DNA of 63,445 nt, the filler included, from Octopus bimaculoides (lineage: Eukaryota), in assembly GCF_001194135.2 (NCBI RefSeq). It is 5 parts of 5 records of this genome, joined end to end, with 100 filler letters (N's around TTAATTAATTAA, not from the genome) between each part and the next. Parts side by side here need not be neighbours in the genome. Positions count along the whole stretch, not along the records: positions 1 to 24,323 come from NC_069009.1; 4 more parts are not named here. One strand, 5' to 3'. The position numbers and the translations under genes are program-made. The notes below the pieces were generated by a model that had not been told where the DNA came from, searched no databases, and saw nothing but the letters and a program-made list of their open reading frames with translations. Position 1 is the stretch's first letter; every line of letters starts with the position of its first letter. This document shows, one piece after another, positions 1-9,256 of the stretch.

Positions 1-34
<34 letters not shown>

Positions 35-362
35 GTGTTTTTAATGAGTGAAATTATGAAGAATTATTTATTTACATATGCATATATCTATTAATGTATA
101 TGTTATATGTGTACACACACACATACATACATACATATGTGTCTGTGTGTATATATATATATATATATATCAATAAAAACATATAGACATATGTTTGTTT
201 GTTTTTTATTAATATTTAACAGAAGCAAATTTCACCGAGGTTGACTTAGCCTTTTATCCGTCTAGGGTTGTTAAAATAAGTACCAGTTGGGTACTGGGGT
301 CGATGTAATCAACTTACCACCTCCCCCGAAATTGCTGGCCTTGTGCCAAAATTTGGAATCTG

Positions 363-608
363 TATTTAGCTGAAGGGGCAGCATGACACAAGCGCCGAGA
401 GTTCCATGTGTTGGCATTTATCAAACTAGTTACAGATCAAAGAGTTGTGGATTTCTAAAATTGGTGGTAATTTGTTCTAGAACAATCAAGGGAAATGAAA
501 TTATCACCAATTATATAAATTCACAATTCTTTGTTCTGTAACTAGTTTGATAAATGCCAACACATGGAGCTCTCAGCCATTGTGTCACTCTGTTGCTTCT
601 ACCAAATA
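363..608. mobile_element. Foldback/palindromic MITE-like element
   Basis: Arms of about 100 bp in inverted orientation, including TCCATGTGTTGGCATTTATCAAACTAGTTACAGA matched exactly. Confidence 0.75.
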
Positions 609-1087
609 TTGATAAGAATATACATATTCTTATATTTTGCGTTCTATTTTTCCTCTGCGCATCACCATATTTATCTATCTGCCTCTGTGTGTGTGTGTGT
701 GTGTGTGTGTGATTATTTAGTTTTATTTCAAGACTTCTAATCTAGATCCAAGGCGCCTTCATGGGAGTTTCAATATCATCAACAGAGTACTTTTGTATGT
801 ATTTATGTATGTATGTATTTATGTATGTATGTATGTATGTATGTATTTATGTATGTATGTGTGTGTATGTATGTATGTATGTATGCGTGTATGTATGTAT
901 TTACGTATGTATGTATGTGTGTATGTATGTATATATGTATGCATGTATGTATGTATGTTTTGCCTTATGTATGTATTCTCATGCATATAACTGCATATCT
1001 AGTAATGCTCATATATATTTAAATGATAAACTTCTAGAAAGTTTTACAGATTTTTACAGTTCCCATGATAGCTTGGATCTGTAGCTT

Positions 1088-1360
1088 TCAAATCAGCTTT
1101 CTCCTTTCTGGTTTTGAGAAGACTAATTTCTCAAGATTGGTATTTAGGCAGTGTTTTACATATCCCAGGGCCCCAATAATTACAGGTATAAACCTGAACT
1201 TGTAATCTGGATAGAGTAGCCATAGATCCCTCAATAGTTCAGCATAGGTATTCTCTTTTTTCACTGATCTTTTGCTTTGCGTTAACATCCGCTGGGCAGC
1301 TGATTCCCACAACTGTACAGTTTCTCTTCTCCATCCCAAATAACTATGTCAGGCCTATTA
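1088..1360 (-). mobile_element. R4/Dong/NeSL-like non-LTR retrotransposon remnant (restriction-like endonuclease region, frameshifted)
   Basis: Translates across frameshifts as RPDIVIWDGEEK / VVGISCPADVNAKQKISEK / ENTYAELLRDLWLLYPDYKFRFIPVIIGALGY, a PD-(D/E)xK-type RLE signature. Related 3'-UTR-like segments at about 720-790 and 1455-1545. Confidence 0.7.
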
Positions 1361-1981
1361 TGTTTACAGTTTATTGAGTTGCTATAGCTTCTACCACACT
1401 GTGGGTTCTTATTTCTTTGGACATGCATGTATGTATGTATGTATGTCATTGTTCTGTTTTATTTCAAGATTTCTTACCAATAGAGAAAGAGTTTAACCTA
1501 GATCCAAGGCTCCTTCATTGGAAATTGAACATCAACAACAAGGTATATTTGTATGTATGTATGTATATATGTGTGTATATGTGCAGATTTGTATGCTTTG
1601 TTTTATGTATGTATATACACACACACAGCAGGCTTCTTTCCGGTTCTATCAAATTTACTCGTAAAGCTTTGGGCAGTCCATTATAAGGCATTTTCCCATG
1701 GTACCACACAGTGGGACTGAACCTGAAACCATGTAGTTTGAAAACGAAAGCAAAAGAAAAACACAACAGTTTATATTTTTTTACAAACAACTTTTAATCA
1801 ACAATTAAAAAATAACAACAATTTGTTAATCTGGTTTTACTCTGCTTATGTCACTGATGTGACAAATGGAAAGGCATGATATCCAACACATCACATTGAT
1901 TTCATGGGTGTAGATTATTTTTGTACAGGATATGTCATAGTTGTAACTGCATACACATATACACTCAATATTTATATACAC

Positions 1982-2024
<43 letters not shown>

Positions 2025-2107
2025 GTTACATGTGTGTATGTTTACATACATATACATACATACACACACATATATATATATATGTGTTTTTCTCCTTGTC
2101 TCCGTAT

Positions 2108-2144
2108 TCTTTCTGTTGAAGAGCGTAGCTCGAAACGTCAAAGA
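2108..2144 (+). ncRNA. Hammerhead-like motif with non-canonical U6 (family H, Penelope-like end)
   Basis: UCUUU-CUGUUGA-A-GAGC(GUA)GCUC-GAAACGUC/AAAGA; related copies at 8241-8275 and 21801-21838. Confidence 0.5.
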
Positions 2145-2232
2145 CTTTCCGTATTCCCGAGCGTCATACTAATATATACTTTTGTTATTTACACCACCTG
2201 TCCTCGTCTGTTGTTATTATTTGTATATTCTC

Positions 2233-2281
<49 letters not shown>

Positions 2282-3066
2282 AATTCCTCGAGTATAGTCC
2301 GCCCTTGAGTATAATACACAGGGGATTTTTAGGGGGCTGTACCTATGAAAAACCTAAACCTTGTGTATAATACGCACCCCTTCTCTAACTTGAGTCAAGG
2401 AGGTCTATATAACGTCCTTGGTTTGTAAACGTATATACGGTAACGTCCTTTATTATTATTGTATATATAACATAATGCAAACGTGTAGCTTTTTTGTGCA
2501 CTTTGCAGAAAATAAAGAAATAACAGTAATAGAGTCAGTGAAAAATAAATATTAAGTAAATTGCCTTTACATATTTATCACTTAGAAAATTTTGCTTAGA
2601 AAATATTTTTCATTTTTAACTTCGTATATAGTACGCACTAGAAATTTTGACCCTTACTTATTAGCTCCAAGTCAATCGAGAGCATCCCAAATGTGGCCAC
2701 TTCCTTTTAAGGGTGTTTGTCCAGAACTACTATATCATCCAACCGATTTCCTTTCCTGCTTTAAGACATTATGATATGATTTGAGGAAGATGTGGTGGTG
2801 ATTTCTAGCTGGTTGAAATACTGATTAGAAGCGCCTTCATTTGTTAATGAGAAGACGACCTCAATTGACTCAATTTACTTTGTATGTAATTAACAATTCA
2901 TTCAATTATCTATATGGAACTTTATATAGGTGGAGATATGGTTTTGGGTTCAGTCCCACTGCGCGGCACCTTGGGCAAGTTATTCAAATCAAGCTCTCTT
3001 CCCCCACTCCCTAGTTGACCAACACCTTGTGAGTGAATTTGGTAGACAACTGTGTGGAAGCCTGTC

Positions 3067-3107
<41 letters not shown>

Positions 3108-3352
3108 TGTTATATACATACATACATACATATATTAAACCGAATGTAGTTTTTCTGATGTTATATTTATTCCTGAAGATGTGTAAAAGAATTTTGATTT
3201 ATTAAGTCTCTTAATGAATTCTTTATACTGAAATATATATTGAAGAAGATAAATATGTTCATTTGAAAAAATACGTTTTTGCGTCGTAACTCCTTTATTA
3301 TTATTAATATATAACCCATGCTAGCATGGAAAGCGGACGTTAAACGATTAAA

Positions 3353-3388
<36 letters not shown>

Positions 3389-3394
3389 TTTTAT

Positions 3395-4612
3395 ATACAA
3401 TCACATCATTGAAATCTTTAAGCTATGAGATAATGCATGATTAATTCAAAGCATTATATTTGAAAGAGCTAAAGAGTTAAACCAGCTGTGTCCGACCCAG
3501 ATATTTTACCTGTTTTATGGTCAGACCAACCAGATCCAGCCTCTCACGCCNNNNNNNNNNNNNNNNNNNNNNNNNNNNNNNNNNNNNNNNNNNNNNNNNN
3601 NNNNNNNNNNNNNNNNNNNNNNNNNNNNNNNNNNNNNNNNNNNNNNNNNNNNNNNNNNNNNNNNNNNNNNNNNNNNNNNNNNNNNNNNNNNNNNNNNNNN
3701 NNNNNNNNNNNNNNNNNNNNNNNNNNNNNNNNNNNNNNNNNNNNNNNNNNNNNNNNNNNNNNNNNNNNNNNNNNNNNNNNNNNNNNNNNNNNNNNNNNNN
3801 NNNNNNNNNNNNNNNNNNNNNNNNNNNNNNNNNNNNNNNNNNNNNNNNNNNNNNNNNNNNNNNNNNNNNNNNNNNNNNNNNNNNNNNNNNNNNNNNNNNN
3901 NNNNNNNNNNNNNNNNNNNNNNNNNNNNNNNNNNNNNNNNNNNNNNNNNNNNNNNNNNNNNNNNNNNNNNNNNNNNNNNNNNNNNNNNNNNNNNNNNNNN
4001 NNNNNNNNNNNNNNNNNNNNNNNNNNNNNNNNNNNNNNNNNNNNNNNNNNNNNNNNNNNNNNNNNNNNNNNNNNNNNNNNNNNNNNNNNNNNNNNNNNNN
4101 NNNNNNNNNNNNNNNNNNNNNNNNNNNNNNNNNNNNNNNNNNNNNNNNNNNNNNNNNNNNNNNNNNNNNNNNNNNNNNNNNNNNNNNNNNNNNNNNNNNN
4201 NNNNNNNNNNNNNNNNNNNNNNNNNNNNNNNNNNCAGATATTTTACCTGTTTTATGGTCAGACCAACCAGATCCAGCCTCTCACGCCTACCCTACAATCA
4301 CATCATTGAAATCTCAAAGCTAATAGATAATGCATGATTAATTTGAAACTATGTCAATAAATAAGCGTTTCATTTGACAGAAATCCGAATGCTAAAGGGT
4401 TAAACTGGCCACATCCGGCCGAAATATTCCACTTGTTATATGTTCAAACTGGTCAGATCTGGCCTCTCACACTTACCCTACAATGTCATTCTAAAGTAAT
4501 ACAATCGCATTGTTGAAATTACAAAGTTACGAGATAATCCATGATTAATCCAAAAGAATGTGAATGAATAAGCATTAGATTTGACAGATTAATCTGAATA
4601 TGAAAGGATTAA
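3395..4612. mobile_element. Head-to-tail array of the piggyBac-type MITE family (interrupted by an N-gap)
   Basis: At least three related units of about 200 bp, joined at GGGTTAAAC/GAGTTAAAC. Confidence 0.65.
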
Positions 4613-4730
4613 AACTAGAGATTTGTATCATAGACCTAGTTTCTGTTTACCAAATCTACTCACGAGGCTTTGGTCAGCCGAGGGCTATAGAAGATACTTG
4701 CCCTAGGTGGTACAAAGCAATACATCATTA

Positions 4731-4959
4731 TAAGGGGGTGCTCAAAAGTTTCTGGGTTTAAGGGTGTCATGAAAGGCCTGGTTGGAGACCCAACCTTCCA
4801 AGTTCTTTCTACAGGGATGAGAAAAGATGAAGGGCTGCTGCAATAAAGGATGAAAAAACATGAAAGGCCGAGAGGGGAATATGTTGAATAAAATCATAAT
4901 TCACTGATCCTCATGTATTTTCTTTCACCCCAAACTAGAAACTTTCTAGCACCTCCTTG
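4731..4959 (+). mobile_element. Mariner-derived deleted element/MITE
   Basis: TA-flanked imperfect TIRs (AAGGGGGTGCTCAAAAGTTTCT / AGAAACTTTCTAGCACCTCCTT); internal RGEYVE* is a typical mariner transposase C-terminus. Confidence 0.7.
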
Positions 4960-5200
4960 TAATATAAGGGGAAAAAACAAGGGTGTGATTTAAAGAGAAG
5001 ATGCCAGTCTATGGCCCAACTGGAGTCCCAGATTACCATACATTCATGTCATAACGAGGTTTTGACAAAAGCGTTACCAAATTCAAATACAAACACCGGT
5101 GGGTTGGCATTTTAAATGCGTAAGAATTTTGCCTGTTGATTCCACCACTTTTCTCCCCATCCTGGGACTTGGGTTTGTTGGTTTTCTTCTTCTTTATATT

Positions 5201-5398
5201 CTACATCTTTGTTGATTCCTGCAAAGTCGCGTTCTGCTCCAGCATCTCATCATTCGCTTCAGACTTGATGGCTTTCAAATTTTCCGATGACATGCTGGTT
5301 GGGTCAGTCTTCTTCAGTATTCGAGGGCCCGTTAACATCACCAGAGCTGACCCTATCGGTGCTGTTATTAGAATGACAAGAACTGCTACTTCTAGGAT
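5201..5398 (-). CDS. NHA2: NHA2-like last coding exon (ILEVAVLVILITAPIG...ESTKM*)
   Basis: Acceptor ccttttcag| and TAG stop at 5203-5201. Confidence 0.92.
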   Translation of the reverse strand: MLEVAVLVILITAPIGSALVMLTGPRILKKTDPTSMSSENLKAIKSEANDEMLEQNATLQESTKM

Positions 5399-7606
5399 CT
5401 GAAAAGGAGAAAGGCAATAGACAAAGATATCAGACAAAGAATGCAAATGAATTTATAATGAATTCACAATGAATTCAGAAATGAATTCATAATGAATTCA
5501 GAAATGATTTCATAACGAATTCACAATGAATTCATAATGAATTCACAATGAATTCACAAATGAATTCATAATGGATTCACAATGAATTCACAAATGAATT
5601 CATAATGGATTCACAATGAATTCACAAATGAATTCATAATGGATTCACAATGAATTCATAATGGATTCACAATGAATTCACAAATGAATTCATAATGAAT
5701 TCATAACGAATTCACAAATGAATTTGCCTCCATATATATATGTATAACTCACATACTTACTATTTGTCCGTATGATTCTAGCTCTGTTTTGTTCTTCTCC
5801 CGTGCAGTTGACAGGGCAACAGACCCAATGGCAGCCTGTGAAGAGAATATCAAGGGGTCAAAGAAGTGTGTGTGCTAACTACTATAAAATACAGTTGATA
5901 GTGTAGTCCTAGATACACTAAACAGACGATGGGATTGTCATTACTTCAATATCTTTGATCATAGCAGTCAAACCCCCTTCAATTTTTGCCAGAGGGCTTT
6001 TGGACCAACATGTGACCTGGGTCTTCTCAAGAATAACAGCAAAATTAAAAACTTACCTGTACTGTAGCCTTCGGTAACCATGCCAACGCTACAAACAGCT
6101 TCTCCTTCTTGAGGAGGTCCGTACCATAAACGGCGAAGAAGGCGACCAGCATCCGGAAAACTAATCCGATGCCAAGCGTGGCAATCCCGTAGCCTGCAGA
6201 CACAGAGGAAAAGCAAAAGGAGTAAATATATATGCATGTGTGTGTGTGTGTGTGTACATACATGATTTGTTTATAGGGATCAAATGTATGTGCTACACAT
6301 TACTCTTTACTCTTTTACTTGTTTCAGTCACTTGACTGCGGCCATGCTGGAGCACCGCCGTTATAGTCAAACAAATCGACCGCAGGACTTATTCTTTGGA
6401 AGCCTAGTACTTATTCTATCGGCCTCTTTTGCCGAACCGCTGGTCAGCTCCTGTCAAACCATCCAACCCATGCCGGCATGGAAAACAAATGTTAAACAAT
6501 GACAATGATGATGATGATGATGATGATGACGATGACGATGACGATGATGATGATTTATTTATGAGTACATTACGGAGTACAGAGGCGATACATACCAATG
6601 GTTTTAGCATTGAGTTTTTCAACATCAACTTCAGCGCCGATTAAACCAAAGAGAAGTGGTTGGAATATTAACCAAAGAACTGCAGTAGAGTTGGAGATGA
6701 GCTCCTGCAAAATATTAAAAAAAAAAATATCTACAGACACACATGATAAGAGAGTGCAAATAGAACCCTTCTGTAAGTGAAGACTAGCTCAGCTCAGTGC
6801 CTTGCTACCCGACTCAGGTGAAGCGTACAGGCTGAAGAGCAAAACGCTTGTGACCCTGAGATACCTGCTGAAGACACGGAAGGGTTTCCAAGAATGCAAT
6901 GGATTTAGAAGAGATCAGAGAATCTCTGAGTAGCTCCTGCAGTTTCTGTGTGGGGCAAAATTGTACTTTTGGACATGTTGGACAACATGCAAGCGTCTAC
7001 TTTTTCTATGCATATATGATGGGACGGTCACAACTGGAGCATCTTTGGTCATGGGTCTTCAGGATCGCAATTAACTTGAGGCTAAACAACAACTGACGCT
7101 CTACCGCTTATGAGTTTATCCCCCCCCACTCACTTTGAGATGAAGTACACAAGTGATGATGAAAGACTTACCAGAACCTGCAGTTCCCTTTTTTTTCTCC
7201 ATCCAAACGCGGCTACAAATGCCACGGTTAGACACAGCAATGGTCCGGTGCCTGGCATTTCGAGTCTCGGGGAACCCAAGACTCCAGCTAGGCCGATGGC
7301 ATAGAGTAAGAACCCTCGCAGGAAAATGGAATTGTTCTGAAAAGAAAAAAAAAGAACAAAAACAAAAGATTGATTGATTGATTGGTTGAATGACAGACGG
7401 ATGGATAAAGATGCACAGAAGCATACAGACAGACAAATACATAGACAGGCATATATACATGCACATATACACACACACATGCAAACACAGGGTTCAGTTC
7501 CACTGCATGGCACCTTGGGCAAGTGTCTTCTACTATAACCTCAGGCCAATCAAAGCCTTGTGAGTGGATTTGGTAAACGGAAACTGGAAGAAACTCATCG
7601 TATGTG

Positions 7607-7669
<63 letters not shown>

Positions 7670-7789
7670 NNNNNNNNNNNNNNNNNNNNNNNNNNNNNNN
7701 NNNNNNNNNNNNNNNNNNNNNNNNNNNNNNNNNNNNNNNNNNNNNNNNNNNNNNNNNNNNNNNNNNNNNNNNNNNNNNNNNNNNNNNTA

Positions 7790-7828
<39 letters not shown>

Positions 7829-9225
7829 ATTTGGGGATGGTCATATTGCCAGTCTAGCCAATAAAAACACACGCACTGTATATTTGGTGTTAATTTGCTT
7901 CAGCTTTATATTACATTATATTACATTAATCCTATTTCGGCCAGTGGTCCTTTGCTTTCTTCTTTCTTATATGTGTCCCACCTTGCTAACTATCAGCCAT
8001 TTTGTATATATATATACATATATTCACACCTACATACACACATGCATACGTTAAGATCACCAGCATTCTCTCTCACACACATGCACCTTCTCATCTTGGG
8101 TTCACCACTTTTTTTTTATCTCCCCTTTTTTCTTAGCTCTCCTGTGTGATCCTTCTGTCTGGCATTCGCCATGATAGATCGCTGACCACTACATTTATAT
8201 TTTTTCCTCCTTGTTTCTCTCCTTATTTCCTTCTGTGTTCCTTTCAGTTGAAGAGAGTAGCTCGAAACGTTAAAGACTTTCTCTATTCCCGAACGTTAAA
8301 CTAATACATCCATTTGTTGTTTACACCACCTGTCTTCGTCTGTTGTTTTTTGCGTAAATTCTCCCATATATATATATATANNNNNNNNNNNNNNNNNNNN
8401 NNNNNNNNNNNNNNNNNNNNNNNNNNNNNNNNNNNNNNNNNNNNNNNNNNNNNNNNNNNNNNNNNNNNNNNNNNNNNNNNNNNNNNNNNNNNNNNNNNNN
8501 NNNNNNNNNNNNNNNNNNNNNNNNNNNNNNNNNNNNNNNNNNNNNNNNNNNNNNNNNNNNNNNNNNNNNNNNNNNNNNNNNNNNNNNNNNNNNNNNNNNN
8601 NNNNNNNNNNNNNNNNNNNNNNNNNNNNNNNNNNNNNNNNNNNNNNNNNNNNNNNNNNNNNNNNNNNNNNNNNNNNNNNNNNNNNNNNNNNNNNNNNNNN
8701 NNNNNNNNNNNNNNNNNNNNNNNNNNNNNNNNNNNNNNNNNNNNNNNNNNNNNNNNNNNNNNNNNNNNNNNNNNNNNNNNNNNNNNNNNNNNNNNNNNNN
8801 NNNNNNNNNNNNNNNNNNNNNNNNNNNNNNNNNNNNNNNNNNNNNNNNNNNNNNNNNNNNNNNNNNNNNNNNNNNNNNNNNNNNNNNNNNNNNNNNNNNN
8901 NNNNNNNNNNNNNNNNNNNNNNNNNNNNNNNNNNNNNNNNNNNNNNNNNNNNNNNNNNNNNNNNNNNNNNNNNNNNNNNNNNNNNNNNNNNNNNNNNNNN
9001 NNNNNNNNNNNNNNNNNNNNNNNNNNNNNNNNNNNNNNNNNNNNNNNNNNNNNNNNNNNNNNNNNNNNNNNNNNNNNNNNNNNNNNNNNNNNNNNNNNNN
9101 NNNNNNNNNNNNNNNNNNNNNNNNNNNNNNNNNNNNNNNNNNNNNNNNNNNNNNNNNNNNNNNNNNNNNNNNNNNNNNNNNNNNNNNNNNNNNNNNNNNN
9201 NNNNNNNNNNNNNNNNNNNNNNNNN

Positions 9226-9256
<31 letters not shown>

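Noticed and set aside
2275-2441. Possible TcMar/pogo-type MITE
   Set aside because: The termini are suggestive (…CCTCGAGTATAGTCCG… / …TATATACGGTA) but I could not define matching TIRs or a TSD.
5030-5200. Stop-codon readthrough or a frameshifted C-terminal extension of NHA2 (open frames after TAG)
   Set aside because: The TAG-A context is not a recognised readthrough signal, and purine-rich UTRs often stay open by chance.
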